From Arcobacteraceae bacterium (GTDB lineage Bacteria; Campylobacterota; Campylobacteria; Campylobacterales; Arcobacteraceae): a stretch of DNA of 64,000 bases. The stretch is from NCBI GenBank assembly GCA_965224485.1, contig CBDCZH010000019.1, forward strand, positions 128,001 through 192,000. The letters are read 5' to 3'. Each line of letters starts with the position of its first letter. The stretch's first letter is position 1. The position numbers and the translations under genes were made by a program. The notes under the pieces are model-generated. The model saw nothing but the letters and a program-made list of their open reading frames with translations, was not told the DNA's origin and did not search any database. This document shows positions 33,262 to 44,440 of the stretch, in pieces.

Positions 33262-34543
33262 ACTTATTTTTACTTTTTTTATTACTTTTATTTTTTTGTC
33301 AATGAACTTAAATGCGGTAACAAGTGTAGATAGAAAAATATATTCAAAAAATAGTGAATTAAATAAAAGTAAAAAAGCTAAGGTAAAAACTTCTTTAAAA
33401 ATAAAAACTCTTGCAACACAGATAAATAAACAAACAAAAGAGTTAACAAGTTTAGAAAAAGATATAATTAAAATAAATAAAGATATATCTCAACATCAAG
33501 AAATGTTATTGATATCTAAAAATAAACTTCACAATTTAGAAAAAACATCTACAAAACTTAAAAAAGAAAAAGAACTATCACAAAAACAAATAGTAAATGT
33601 AATTATTGAAAATTTCTCATCTTCACTTGCTATAAAACTTGCAAATGAAAACTCATTAAAAGAGTTAATTGATTCAGAAATTTATAAACTTTTATCACAA
33701 AACTCAAAAGATTCATTATTAAGAATAAATAATAAATATATGAATTTAAGTTTAAACAAAGAAGAAAATGAAAAAAATATTAATAACTTGGCTTCTTATA
33801 TTAAAAAAAGAAAAAAGAAAAAAACAATTTTAAATGCTTTAAAGAAAAAACACACTTTTGCTTTAAAATCTTTAGAAAGTAAACATATCGCCTATCAAAA
33901 AGCCCTAAAGTATGTAATTAATAAGCAAAAATCAATTCAAAACTTATTAGTTAAACTAAATATCGTGCAAAAGAAAGAACGTAAAAAACAAAAAAGTGCT
34001 AAGGTAAAAGAGAGCAAAAGATTAGCAAAACTAAAAGAACAATCACGTAGAAAAAGAAGTTCTTCTACTAAAAGATTAAGCCAAAGACAAGCACAAAAGA
34101 TTGATTTAGATGTAAGAATGATAGGCTCTTCAACAAAAGGTATTAAAATATCTAAATATAGAGGTGCTAAAACTATTGCTCCTTTAAAATCTTTTACTAT
34201 CATTAAAAAATTTGGGAAATATTATGATCCTGTTTATAAAATAAAACTTTTTAATGAATCAATAGTTATGAGAAGTAAAAAAAAGAGATCAAAAGTTTAT
34301 TCTATTTTAAATGGAAAAATAGTTTACGCTAAAAAGAATGCTGGTATTTTAGATAATGTAGTAATAGTTCAGCATAAAAATGGTTTGCATACAATTTATT
34401 CTCACTTAGATCAAATATCACCAACATTAAAAGTAGGAAAATGGATAAAAAAAGGTTATGTTGTTGGAAGAGTTAATGATACTCTTACCTTTCAAGCTAC
34501 TAAAAATAGTGCTCATGTAAACCCTCAAGATTTATTTAACTAA
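33254..34543 (+). CDS. envC: EnvC-like coiled-coil M23-domain murein hydrolase activator
   Basis: Long coiled coil plus HTIYSHL; follows ftsEX; ATG at 33254. Confidence 0.8.
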   Translation: MLKLIFTFFITFIFLSMNLNAVTSVDRKIYSKNSELNKSKKAKVKTSLKIKTLATQINKQTKELTSLEKDIIKINKDISQHQEMLLISKNKLHNLEKTSTKLKKEKELSQKQIVNVIIENFSSSLAIKLANENSLKELIDSEIYKLLSQNSKDSLLRINNKYMNLSLNKEENEKNINNLASYIKKRKKKKTILNALKKKHTFALKSLESKHIAYQKALKYVINKQKSIQNLLVKLNIVQKKERKKQKSAKVKESKRLAKLKEQSRRKRSSSTKRLSQRQAQKIDLDVRMIGSSTKGIKISKYRGAKTIAPLKSFTIIKKFGKYYDPVYKIKLFNESIVMRSKKKRSKVYSILNGKIVYAKKNAGILDNVVIVQHKNGLHTIYSHLDQISPTLKVGKWIKKGYVVGRVNDTLTFQATKNSAHVNPQDLFN

Positions 34544-35748
34544 GAATATTTTTTACTAAAGTATGTATAAATAAATAAGGAAAAAATAGTAACTAATATA
34601 TAAACATTTGAAAAAAGCAAAATTATAAAAAAGATTAAGCTTAAAAAAATAGCTGAATATTTTAATACTCCTTTTTCAAACAAAATTACAGCAGTTACAA
34701 GACCAATGATTGCATTTGAAATAAAAAATCCATCAGCAAAAGCAACTAAATTACCTAAAGTTAAATACTTGAAATTAACTAAAATTAAAGTAAGCACATA
34801 CATAAAAGATAAAAAGTTTAATGCTCCTATTGGTGCTCCATTTTTTAGATGTTTGGAGGTATAAGTATTTATATTTAATGATGAAATTAATCTAGCTACT
34901 CCACCTATAAATAAAATCAATGTTCCTATACATAAAACAAGAGAAACACTAACTAAAATCAAATTTGAGTAAGATTTAAAAATTGGCTTTATTAACCAAA
35001 TCAACTCAAACTCTTTTGTAAACTTATACTCAAAAGTACCAAAACAAATTGCTAAAATAACAAGTGAATAAACAAGTGAAATAATTATTGCTGAGAAAAC
35101 AACTGCCGAAAGTAAGGTTTTTTTATCTTCTACTTCATTAGAATAGTTTCCTATTACTTCCCAACCTACAATTGCCCAAAAGACAATTACAAAAGAGTGT
35201 CCAAACTCATTTAGGCTAATAGAAGGTAAGAAGAAGCTAAAGGTAGAAGAATTAAGTAATATCTCAATACTGCATATAAAAAAGACTAAGGTAATTAAAG
35301 TAGATACGATAAGCATAAGTTTACCTAAAAAATCTATTTTAATAAGTAAAAAGGCATAGGTTAAAATATAAATAAAAAATGAAAGAGAAACTAAAGAGTA
35401 CGTGGGGAAATATGATTGTATAAATTTTGCAGCTATTAATAAAACGGCTACAGGACCAAAGAAAACAGCACAAATAAGGTATAAAGAAGTAAGAAGCTGG
35501 TATTTTTTTCCTAGGGCTTCTTTTGTTGCTAAGGATACCCCAGCATCACCTGGGAATAAAACTGCTAATTTTGAAAAGATTAAAGCAAAAACAAATCCTA
35601 AAACTAAAATAATTGCAAAAACAATTATAGAATAATTATGAACCATATTATACAATAAAGGTGGTAATAAAATAACACCAGAACCTAAAATGGGACCTAT
35701 TATTAAACCAGCTAGGGTAAAGGTGTTTAATTTTTTGCTACGAAACAT
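34540..35748 (-). CDS. APC-family amino acid permease
   Basis: GPILGSGVILLP, FWAIVGWE; multiple TMs. Confidence 0.85.
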   Translation of the reverse strand: MFRSKKLNTFTLAGLIIGPILGSGVILLPPLLYNMVHNYSIIVFAIILVLGFVFALIFSKLAVLFPGDAGVSLATKEALGKKYQLLTSLYLICAVFFGPVAVLLIAAKFIQSYFPTYSLVSLSFFIYILTYAFLLIKIDFLGKLMLIVSTLITLVFFICSIEILLNSSTFSFFLPSISLNEFGHSFVIVFWAIVGWEVIGNYSNEVEDKKTLLSAVVFSAIIISLVYSLVILAICFGTFEYKFTKEFELIWLIKPIFKSYSNLILVSVSLVLCIGTLILFIGGVARLISSLNINTYTSKHLKNGAPIGALNFLSFMYVLTLILVNFKYLTLGNLVAFADGFFISNAIIGLVTAVILFEKGVLKYSAIFLSLIFFIILLFSNVYILVTIFSLFIYTYFSKKYS

Positions 35749-35749
35749 T

Positions 35750-36052
35750 TCAATTATTTTCTAAACTAAGAGCTAGTTCTTTATTTAAATAAGAAAGATA
35801 TAAGGTATTTAATAAGTTTAATTCAATCATAGTAATCTTAATCCAAGAATTAACTAAAACAAAAAATTCTTCTTTTTTTTCTTCTTCAAGCAATAAATAT
35901 GTATCTAAAAACTCATTAACTACTAATATTAAACGTTTTGTTTCTTTAATATTATTAGCATCATTATGTCTAATAAAGACTTCAGTGAAAACTTCCAAGT
36001 CAGAAAGAAAGGCATAGAGGGTTTTGATTAAGTTAGTGTATTTCATAAGCAA
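35750..36052 (-). CDS. Hypothetical protein
   Basis: 100-aa ORF ending 1 nt before the permease start. Confidence 0.5.
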   Translation of the reverse strand: MLMKYTNLIKTLYAFLSDLEVFTEVFIRHNDANNIKETKRLILVVNEFLDTYLLLEEEKKEEFFVLVNSWIKITMIELNLLNTLYLSYLNKELALSLENN

Positions 36053-36153
36053 GAATTATACTATAACTAAGTTAATAAATTAATTTTATAAATTTTTTAT
36101 ATATAAATTATATAATATAGTATCATTTAATATTATTTAATAAAGGAGAAATC

Positions 36154-37850
36154 ATGTTAAAAATGAAAATATTTTGCTTTCTTGTTATTACTCAAGGAGT
36201 TTTTGCACAAAATATTCTTGAAGGCGATAGAAGTGTACCAATTGAAGCAGAAAAAGGAATGGTAGTTACTAGTCATTTTCTTGCAACTAACGAAGCACTA
36301 AAAGTTTTAAAAAATGGAGGTAATGCTATTGATGCAGCTGTAACTGCTGCTTTTGCATTAGCTGTAACACAACCTAGATCTGGAAATATCGGAGGTGGTG
36401 GATTTATGCTTATATCAAATGAAAAAACAAACAAAGTTGAAGCCATTGATTATAGAGAAAAAGCACCTAGTTCTGCACATAAAGATATGTTTTTAGATAA
36501 AGATAAAAATGTAGATAAAGTATTATCTAGATTTTCTCATAAATCAGCTGGAGTTCCTGGAACCGTAGCAGGTCTTACACTTGCATTGGAAAAATATGGT
36601 ACTATTTCTTTAAAAGAAGCACTACAACCTGCAATTAAATTAGCATCTAAAGGTTTTATTATTACTCCAAGGTTTTTTAAAGGTATAAAATCAAAAAAGA
36701 AAAAACTAAAAAGATATGCTGCAAGTAAAAAAGTGTTTTTTAAAAAGATGGTTCTATGTATAAAGTTGGTGAAGTTTTTAAACAAAAAGATTTAGCTAAA
36801 ACACTTAGAAGAATTGCTAAAAATGGAGCAAAAGAATTTTATACAGGGAAAACTGCAAAATTAATAGTAAAAGATATGAAAAAGCATGGTGGTTTAATTA
36901 CTTTAAAAGATCTTAAAAACTATAAAGCAACTATAAGAAAACCAGCTTATGGTACATACAGAGGTTATGAAATTTTTTCTATGTCACCACCTAGTTCAGG
37001 AGGAGCCCATATTATTCAAATTTTAAATATGATGGAAAACTATGATATGCAGAGTTTAGGACATAATAGTGCAGAAGGTATTCATATACTAGCCCAATCT
37101 ATGAAAAGAGCTTATGTTGATAGAGCAACATATCTAGGAGATAGTGATTTTGTAAAAGTTCCGATTAAAGGTCTTACTTCAAAAGATTATGCGAAACAAC
37201 TTGTTGCTACTTTTACAAATGAAGCAACAGCATCAAAAAATTTAAAAGCAGGAGATCCACTTCCATATGAAAGTAGTGAAACTACTCACTTCTCAATTGC
37301 TGATAATTATGGAAATGTAGTCTCTAATACATATACAATAAACTTTTCATATGGTTCAGCAATTGTAGTAAAAGGTGCAGGTTTTTTATTAAACAACGAA
37401 ATGGATGATTTTTCAGCAAAACCAGGTGTTGCAAATGCTTATGGTTTAATAGGAGGAGAAGCTAATAAAATTGAAGCTAATAAAAGAATGTTAAGTTCAA
37501 TGTCACCAACTATTGTAAAAAAAGATGGAAAAAACTTTTTAGTTACAGGAAGCCCAGGTGGATCTAGAATTATTACAACTACTTTACAAGTTATATCAAA
37601 TGTAATTGATTATGACCTAAATATTCAAGCAGCAGTAAATGCTCCAAGAATTCACCACCAGTGGCTACCAGATGAGATTAGAATAGAAGAAGGTATTAGC
37701 CCTGATACAATAAAACTACTAGAGCAAAAAGGACATAAGGTTACAAAGAAAAAAGCGATGGGTGCCATTCAAAGTATTATGATAAAAGATAGTAAGTTTT
37801 ATGGTGGAGCTGACCCTAGAAGAAGTACATCTAGTGCAAAAGGATATTAA
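36154..37850 (+). CDS. ggt: Gamma-glutamyltransferase (frameshift in the A5 run at 36742-36746)
   Basis: GGNAIDAAV, ETTHFS (catalytic Thr), LNNEMDDFS, SSMSP, GSPGGSRI; one extra A joins the two ORFs. Confidence 0.93.
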
Positions 37851-37919
37851 GAATAGTATGATAAGCTTTTAAAGCTTACCATATATAAGTTTATACTTTT
37901 AGACAAAGAAAGGATACGA

Positions 37920-38708
37920 ATGCTAAGAATTATATTAACTTGTTTTTTAATTTTTACTATATCTTATTCTTCACATCAAGAAGAAAGAAAAAACAAACTT
38001 ATTATTGCATATAGTATTTTAAAACCTTGGAAAAGTTATGAAAACAATAAAGCTACGGGGGCCTATGCCCAAATAATAAGAGAACTTGCTAAAGAAGTAC
38101 AGCTTAAGACAAGTTTCAAAGTTTGTAAACTAACTAGATGTTTAGCCCTTATAAAAGAAGGAAAAGCTGACCTTATTATAGGAATAAAAGAAACTAAATT
38201 AAGAAAAGATTATATTACTTTTTTAAAAACGCCATATAAAAAAGCAGAAAGAAAAGTATTTTACTTAAATAATACCTCAGAAAAACAAATAAATAACTAT
38301 GAAGATTTATATAAACTAAATAGTATTGGAATAAAAATTGGCGCAAGGTATTTTAAAAAGTTTAATAATGATTTTTCTTTAAATAAAAAATCTGTGATTG
38401 ATAATAAACAGAACTTTAAAAAACTTAAAATGAAACTAGTAGATACAGTTTTAATAGCCCAAGATCAAGGTGAATTCTTACTTTCTTTAATGAACTTAAG
38501 GAATAAGTTTAAAAAAGCAAAATATTTTTATGAAGATAATAGTTATAGATACATTGGCATTTCAAAAAAATCAATCCATATAAAAAAGATTAAAGATTTT
38601 GAAAGTGCTATGCTTAAAATAAAACAGACAGGTCTTTTAAGAGAAATCATGATTGACGATTATTATAAAAAGTATAATATTCCTATCAATCCTTTTACTT
38701 ATAAATAA
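37920..38708 (+). CDS. Family-3 substrate-binding periplasmic protein
   Basis: Signal peptide; PW...G...I..EL...RCL..IKEGKADLI. Confidence 0.8.
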   Translation: MLRIILTCFLIFTISYSSHQEERKNKLIIAYSILKPWKSYENNKATGAYAQIIRELAKEVQLKTSFKVCKLTRCLALIKEGKADLIIGIKETKLRKDYITFLKTPYKKAERKVFYLNNTSEKQINNYEDLYKLNSIGIKIGARYFKKFNNDFSLNKKSVIDNKQNFKKLKMKLVDTVLIAQDQGEFLLSLMNLRNKFKKAKYFYEDNSYRYIGISKKSIHIKKIKDFESAMLKIKQTGLLREIMIDDYYKKYNIPINPFTYK

Positions 38709-38732
38709 TATATCTACTTTATAAAAAGAGAC

Positions 38733-39209
38733 TTATAATATTTCTTCAATATCTTTTTTCAAAGAAAGTGGTTTTGTAATAGATGCATATCTATTAATAA
38801 CTTCACCTCTTTTATTAATTAAGAATTTTGTAAAGTTCCATTTGATTTTTTTACTTCCTAATACACCAGCTTGTTGTTCTTTTAAATATTTAAATAAAGG
38901 AGCTTCGTTCTCTCCATTTACTTCTATTTTTGAAAACATATCAAACTTTACGTTGTAGCTTAAAGAACAAAAGCTTTTTATCTCTTCTTCATTTCCTGGT
39001 TCTTGCTTTGAAAACTCATTTGAAGGAAAACCTAAGACCATGAAATCTTTATCTTTATATGTTTCGTATAATTCTTCTAAACCTTCATATTGAGGGGTAA
39101 AACCACATTTACTAGCAACATTTACAATAAGTAAAGTTTTATCTTTATATTTTGCCATTAAAATTTCATTGCCATCAATATCTTTTACTTTATAATCATA
39201 AATATTCAT
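38733..39209 (-). CDS. Glutathione peroxidase family (Cys type)
   Basis: NVASKCGFTPQY, GFPSNEF..QEPG, KWNFTKFL; AGGAG RBS before ATG 39209. Confidence 0.93.
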   Translation of the reverse strand: MNIYDYKVKDIDGNEILMAKYKDKTLLIVNVASKCGFTPQYEGLEELYETYKDKDFMVLGFPSNEFSKQEPGNEEEIKSFCSLSYNVKFDMFSKIEVNGENEAPLFKYLKEQQAGVLGSKKIKWNFTKFLINKRGEVINRYASITKPLSLKKDIEEIL

Positions 39210-39586
39210 AATAACTCCTTTCTTTTTGTATACAAATAAGCCCAAAATATAAGAATCAACTGTATTGGCAATCTTATTAAAAGTGAAGTTTCACTCATAT
39301 CAGGAAAATCACTATGATTAAAATACATATTTACATTTGCTGGGAAAATAGCTATAAAAAGTAAGATGATTCCAATAGCTGCTACTCTTGTAGTTCTTGG
39401 AACAAGTAATAATATACCTAAAAAGATTTCTAATATTCCACTTGCATACACAATAAACTCATGAAAAGGAAGATAAGTGGGAACAGCTTTCAAATAAAAT
39501 TCTGTTATTGTAAAATGAGCACTTCCTGCAACTATTAATAGTATTCCTAATAAATACTTAAACACAAAATAAACTATTTTTTTCAT
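39206..39586 (-). CDS. DoxX-family membrane protein
   Basis: AG..HF, SGILEI.LG, IFPANV, RLPIQ. Confidence 0.85.
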   Translation of the reverse strand: MKKIVYFVFKYLLGILLIVAGSAHFTITEFYLKAVPTYLPFHEFIVYASGILEIFLGILLLVPRTTRVAAIGIILLFIAIFPANVNMYFNHSDFPDMSETSLLIRLPIQLILIFWAYLYTKRKELL

Positions 39587-39599
39587 ACCTTATCCTATT

Positions 39600-40229
39600 T
39601 TAATCTATAAATTCAACTACATCTTCAAAAGGTAGTCTTAATTGTTCTGATTGAGCATTTAATCTATATCCAAAAGGTAAAACCATAGATAACTGATATT
39701 TTTTTGAATCAAGGCCTAAAGCTTCTTCAACTTTATTCTTATCATAACCTTCTATTGGACAAGAGTCAATTCCAATAAAAGCAGCAGCAGTCATCATATT
39801 AGCAGCTGCAAAAGCTGATTGTTTTGAAGTCCAAGCATAAATGTTTTCATCACTACTTAATGTATCTTTTAAATGCCCCGCATAAAGACCCATATAAAAA
39901 TCAAGTGTATCTTTTGAACTTTTACTTCTTAAAAATCTTTTTCTTACCTCTCCTGATTCCACTTTTACACTGTTTATTCCTGCTAATACTATTACAAGAT
40001 GAGAACAAGATGTTATTTGAGCTTGATCCCAACAAAGAGGTTTTAATTTTTCTTTTAATTCATCATTTGTAATAACTAAAAACTTCCAAGCTTCCATACC
40101 AAAAGAAGATGGTGATTTTCTTGCACTTTGCAGAATAAATTTTATATCTTCATCTGATATCTTTTTTGTATCATCAAATACTTTACAAGCATGTCTAAAA
40201 TCCATTGCTTTCATAAATTCATTTTTCAT
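39600..40229 (-). CDS. NAD(P)H nitroreductase (NfsB-like)
   Basis: RHACKVFD, SPSSFGMEAWKF, GIDSCPIEG. Confidence 0.92.
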   Translation of the reverse strand: MKNEFMKAMDFRHACKVFDDTKKISDEDIKFILQSARKSPSSFGMEAWKFLVITNDELKEKLKPLCWDQAQITSCSHLVIVLAGINSVKVESGEVRKRFLRSKSSKDTLDFYMGLYAGHLKDTLSSDENIYAWTSKQSAFAAANMMTAAAFIGIDSCPIEGYDKNKVEEALGLDSKKYQLSMVLPFGYRLNAQSEQLRLPFEDVVEFID

Positions 40230-40241
40230 ATTCTAAGCCTT

Positions 40242-40532
40242 TTATATTTTTTTTAATTTACTAATTTTTAAATATTCTAATTTATTATCTACACTTTTAA
40301 TAAATAAATTAAAGTGTTCTTTTTTCATATGCTTATCTAAAAACTCTTCGTTTTCCCAAGTTTCAATAAAAGTAAAACTATTTTCATCATCTAAATCTTT
40401 GTGTAAATCATATTGAATATACCCTTCATCATTTTCCTTGGTACTTTTTTGTACATTTACCAATAAAGAATAAATCTCTTTTGTAAACTCTTCTTTAATT
40501 TTAATACTTGCTAGTATTGTTATGTTTGACAA
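40242..40532 (-). CDS. ABM-family putative quinol monooxygenase
   Basis: EGYIQYDLH...F.FIETW...H...HF. Confidence 0.88.
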   Translation of the reverse strand: MSNITILASIKIKEEFTKEIYSLLVNVQKSTKENDEGYIQYDLHKDLDDENSFTFIETWENEEFLDKHMKKEHFNLFIKSVDNKLEYLKISKLKKI

Positions 40533-40551
40533 ATTAACTCCTAAGTATATT

Positions 40552-41696
40552 TTATGCTTTTTCTAATATTTCAATTATTGCCTCTTTTGGATATAAGTCA
40601 TCAAAGCCCCATACTTTTGCTAAAGCATTTGCATTTTTAGCTAAATCATTTATTTTATTTTTTGGAATATTTAATTGCTCTAAAGTAGTAGGTGCACCAA
40701 TTTTACTAAACCAATTTTCAAATTTTTGTATTCCAATATTTTCATCATCACTATTAAAAATCTCTTTGAGAATCTTCTAAATTGAGATATATTTTGATCT
40801 TTATACCATTTCATCCATGCAGGAATAACAACAGCTAAACCAGCCCCATGTGCTACATTAAATAAAGCAGATAGAGAATGTTCTATCATATGATTAGGAA
40901 AAGTTCCACCTAGTGTTCCTGCTGGTGTTAGACCATTTAATCCTTGAATAGCAGCCCATGCAAACTCAGCACGTGCATCATAATCATTTGGATTTTCTAA
41001 TAAAACTTCTGTTGTTTCTATAATTGTTTTAATAATTGATTCAACAAGTCTTGAGTTAAAAGTAGGATGAGAACTTGCTGTAAAATAAACTTCTATACAG
41101 TGAGAAATAACGTCAACTGCAGAGTATGCTAAATACTCTTTAGATACAGTAGCCATTAATTCTGGATTTATTACAGATACTTTTGGGTTTAAAAGAACTG
41201 ATGCTATTGAATATTTTTGCTTTGTATCATCATTTATAATAACAGCATTTCCATTCATTTCACTAGCAGTTGCACTAAGTGTCATAACTGTAAAAACAGG
41301 TAAAGCAAGAGATATTTCTACTTTATTAATAAAAAAGTCCCAAACATCTCCTTTATATTTAGTTCCAAGAGCAATAGCTTTAGCACTATCAGCTACTGAA
41401 CCACCACCTACTCCTAAAATAGCATCAATATTATTATCTTTAGCTAGTTTAATTCCTTCATTTACTTTACTTAATAAAGGATTACTAACAACTCCTTGAA
41501 GTTCTTCAAATTCTATATCGTTTTTTTTAAGTGAGTTTATGATTTTTTCATAAAGACCATTTTTTTTAATACTACTAGCTCCATAAACTAATAATACTTT
41601 TTTAATACTGGCTTCTTTTAAATATTCACCTATCTTGTTTTCTTTGGCTTTACCAAACTCTATTCTTGTTGGATTGTAATATGTAAAATTATTCAT
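40552..41696 (-). CDS. Iron-containing (BdhA/YqhD-like) alcohol dehydrogenase, frameshift near 40765
   Basis: NPTRIEFGK, GGGSVADSAK, HMIEHSLSA..HGAGL; continues in another frame as EIFN...KIGAPTTL...EILEKA*. Confidence 0.88.
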
Positions 41697-41734
41697 GCTA
41701 ACCTTTCTTTTCTTGAAAATTATATACCTTTAAT

Positions 41735-41769
41735 ACTTAAATATCCCTTACATTACTTTAGGTAAGTAA
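41735..41769. promoter_or_regulatory. Putative HxlR-family operator 1
   Basis: 32/35 identical to 43944-43978; contains CTTAC-N10-GTAAG and TACTT-N5-AAGTA palindromes. Confidence 0.7.
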
Positions 41770-41774
41770 CATCT

Positions 41775-42545
41775 TTATATTTCAAATAATAAATCAGTTC
41801 TTATAACATATTTAATTCCTGATGTAATTAGTGCTGAACTATGTAAACAGTGTAAAGGATGAAGTCCATGAGGAAAACAAAGTACTGCCCCAGCTGGTGT
41901 TCTAATATTTACAATATTTACTTGTGTTATATCTCTTGTTGGTTTAGAAGAATCATTTTTATCAATAAAAAATTGAGTTTCCCCTCCTTCAAAATCCTCA
42001 CTTAAAAAAATAAGAAAGGTCATTTGACTAAATCTATCGTCGTAAGCATTATTTAGTAATTTATTATTAACAACAGCACTTCCAGGCCAAGCCCCATCAC
42101 TATGAACCTTAAAAAAATCACCTTCTTCATATTTATAAAAACGAAATCTTTTGTTTATTCCTAAGGCTTTTTTATTCTCAAAAATTCCTTTTTTATCAAA
42201 AACAAAATCTTTTACTCTATTCCAAATTATATTATGAGTTTCTTCATCTATTATCCAAGTTAAGGTTTCATTATGTCTTATATCTCTTGCTAGAGAAACT
42301 GCTGCATCTTTATTATAAGCTAAGTTTTCACTTGTTTCTATGATTTTTTTACACTCAGTTTTTGAGAAAACATTTAATAACTGAAAAGCACCTGGAACAT
42401 TTTTTACCTCAAGTCTTGTAACTTTACTTTCATTTAAAGAAAGTGGAATTGTATTCTTTGTTTTATTTGCCCAAGCGGGTAAAGAAGGACTAAAAGAACC
42501 CATTTCTCTTGCAACAACATAAAAATCAGATTCTATTGTACTCAT
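41775..42545 (-). CDS. 2OG-Fe(II) oxygenase superfamily protein
   Basis: RFYKY..GDFFKVHSDG, GGETQF, LH......G.KYVIRTD. Confidence 0.88.
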   Translation of the reverse strand: MSTIESDFYVVAREMGSFSPSLPAWANKTKNTIPLSLNESKVTRLEVKNVPGAFQLLNVFSKTECKKIIETSENLAYNKDAAVSLARDIRHNETLTWIIDEETHNIIWNRVKDFVFDKKGIFENKKALGINKRFRFYKYEEGDFFKVHSDGAWPGSAVVNNKLLNNAYDDRFSQMTFLIFLSEDFEGGETQFFIDKNDSSKPTRDITQVNIVNIRTPAGAVLCFPHGLHPLHCLHSSALITSGIKYVIRTDLLFEI

Positions 42546-43900
42546 CTTTGAGACTTTGTAATTACTTTTACTTGAGTAAATTGTCTATGTCCATCTGGTG
42601 AACCGTGATAACCAAAACCACTTTTTTTAGCTCCAACCCAAGGTGTATCTCCAATAGAACCACTGCCTTGGTTAATACCTAACATTCCAGCATCTAATTG
42701 TTTAGCTATTATGTCTACATCTTTTACTCCAAAAATCGATGCACCTAAAGCAAACTCACTACTATTTGCTCTTTTTATAACATCTTGTACTTCAGTAAAA
42801 GAACTAATTGAAACAATAGGTCCAAAAGTTTCTTCAGTAAAAAGTAACATATCATCAGTAATATTACTTAAAACACTAGGAGTAATAAAAGCATCTGGAT
42901 GAGAAGTGGCACCTAATAAAACATTAGCACCTTTATCTTTAGCATCTTGTATTTGATTTAAAATATTATCTCTTTGTTTTTTATTAATAATAGGACCAAT
43001 ATCAGCTTGCTCATCATCCCAAGTTCCCATTTTATATTGCTGTGCATATTCAAGAACCTTATCTTCAAAAACTTTTAATACATTTTTATGAACAAAAATT
43101 CTTTCAGTTGAAGTACACATTTGACCAGAATTCTCATAACTACTAGCAACAGCAAATCTAGCAGCACTACTTATATTTGCATCTTCTAATACTATTAAAG
43201 GGTCTTTACCACCTAGTTCCATAATTAATCTCTTAAGAGAAGAAGCTGCATTTTTCATAATATCAATACCAGCATCCTTAGAACCTGTAAAAGCAATAAG
43301 ATCAACATCAGAACAAACCAAAGTTTTACCTTGTTTCTCATCACCATGAATTATTTGTAAAACATCACTTGGTAAGATTTCATTTAAAATATCAACATAA
43401 GCTTGAGCTATTAAAGGTGTTTCTTCTGAGGGTTTAAAAACAACACTATTTCCGGCAACTAAAGCTGGAATAATTAACCAATGAGCCATCGATAAAGGAT
43501 AATTCCAAGGAGCAATAACAGCACATACACCTAAAGCATTGTATTGCATTTTTGTACTTAATCCATAAGCTTGAAATACTTGTGTTTGAATTGCTTTTTT
43601 TATCTCACTTGCTTTGTGCTCAACATCATTAGCACAACCTGATACTTCACCAAGTGATCTATTTAAGCTTTTTCCCATCTCTTTACTTAATAAAACAGCT
43701 AAGGGTTGGATTTTTTCTTCTAATTTGTTTGCTGCTTTAACTACAAGTTCTATTCTTTCATCAATTGATAAATTCTGCCATTTGTTTTGAGCTATTTTAG
43801 ATTTATTTACTATTTCATCTATTTCACTAACATTTGTAACGTTAACTTCACCTATAAATTCTTGATTTACAGGATTAAATGATTTTAAAAATTCATTCAT
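42542..43900 (-). CDS. Aldehyde dehydrogenase
   Basis: PWNYP, KPSEETP, FTGS, ELGGKD, GQMCTS, EETFGP. Confidence 0.95.
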   Translation of the reverse strand: MNEFLKSFNPVNQEFIGEVNVTNVSEIDEIVNKSKIAQNKWQNLSIDERIELVVKAANKLEEKIQPLAVLLSKEMGKSLNRSLGEVSGCANDVEHKASEIKKAIQTQVFQAYGLSTKMQYNALGVCAVIAPWNYPLSMAHWLIIPALVAGNSVVFKPSEETPLIAQAYVDILNEILPSDVLQIIHGDEKQGKTLVCSDVDLIAFTGSKDAGIDIMKNAASSLKRLIMELGGKDPLIVLEDANISSAARFAVASSYENSGQMCTSTERIFVHKNVLKVFEDKVLEYAQQYKMGTWDDEQADIGPIINKKQRDNILNQIQDAKDKGANVLLGATSHPDAFITPSVLSNITDDMLLFTEETFGPIVSISSFTEVQDVIKRANSSEFALGASIFGVKDVDIIAKQLDAGMLGINQGSGSIGDTPWVGAKKSGFGYHGSPDGHRQFTQVKVITKSQR

Positions 43901-43943
43901 CTTTTATCCTCTGTTTTATTTTGGAGGATTATATAGGTATACA

Positions 43944-43978
43944 ACTTAAATTTCCCTTACAATACTTTATGTAAGTAA
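43944..43978. promoter_or_regulatory. Putative HxlR-family operator 2, between ALDH and the regulator
   Basis: Near-identical to 41735-41769. Confidence 0.7.
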
Positions 43979-44028
43979 TGATGTTTTAAGTAATTTAAAG
44001 ATATAATTTTTTCAAGTAAAGGATTTTA

Positions 44029-44397
44029 ATGTATTATATAAATGATAAAGAGTACAAATGTTCAGTTTCTGTAACAATGGATATTTTTAATGATAGATGG
44101 AAACTAGCTGTTATTTGGTACTTATTAGAAAATGACAAAAGATTTAAAGAATTATGTGAAGATATACATGAAATAAGTCAAAAAACTCTTACTATAAAAT
44201 TAAAAGAGTTAGAAGAAAAAAATATTATAAAAAGAGAAGTATTCGCTCAAGTACCTCCAAAAGTAGTTTATTCACTTACTCCAATAGGAATAAAATTAAA
44301 ACCTGTTCTTAAAGAGATGTTAGAATGGGGAATAGAATATGTAAAAGAAAATGGGAAAATTACAGAAGATAAGACTTGTAAAAGTACTGTTTCTTAA
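44029..44397 (+). CDS. HxlR-family winged-helix regulator
   Basis: C(SV)...RWKL...KRFKEL...ISQKTLT..LKELE...VPPKVVYSLT. Confidence 0.93.
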   Translation: MYYINDKEYKCSVSVTMDIFNDRWKLAVIWYLLENDKRFKELCEDIHEISQKTLTIKLKELEEKNIIKREVFAQVPPKVVYSLTPIGIKLKPVLKEMLEWGIEYVKENGKITEDKTCKSTVS

Positions 44398-44406
44398 GGA
44401 TTAGAA

Positions 44407-44432
44407 GGGTTAAAGTTAAGAACTTAACCCTA
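44407..44432. terminator. Hairpin between convergent genes
   Basis: AGGGTTAAAGTT-AAG-AACTTAACCCT. Confidence 0.55.
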
Positions 44433-44440
44433 GTAAATTA

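Noticed and set aside
36154..37850. ggt as naturally split large and small subunit genes
   Set aside because: The break is far from the autocleavage Thr and lies in a homopolymer run.
38733..39209. Selenocysteine in the glutathione peroxidase
   Set aside because: The active-site codon is TGT (Cys) and there is no in-frame TGA.
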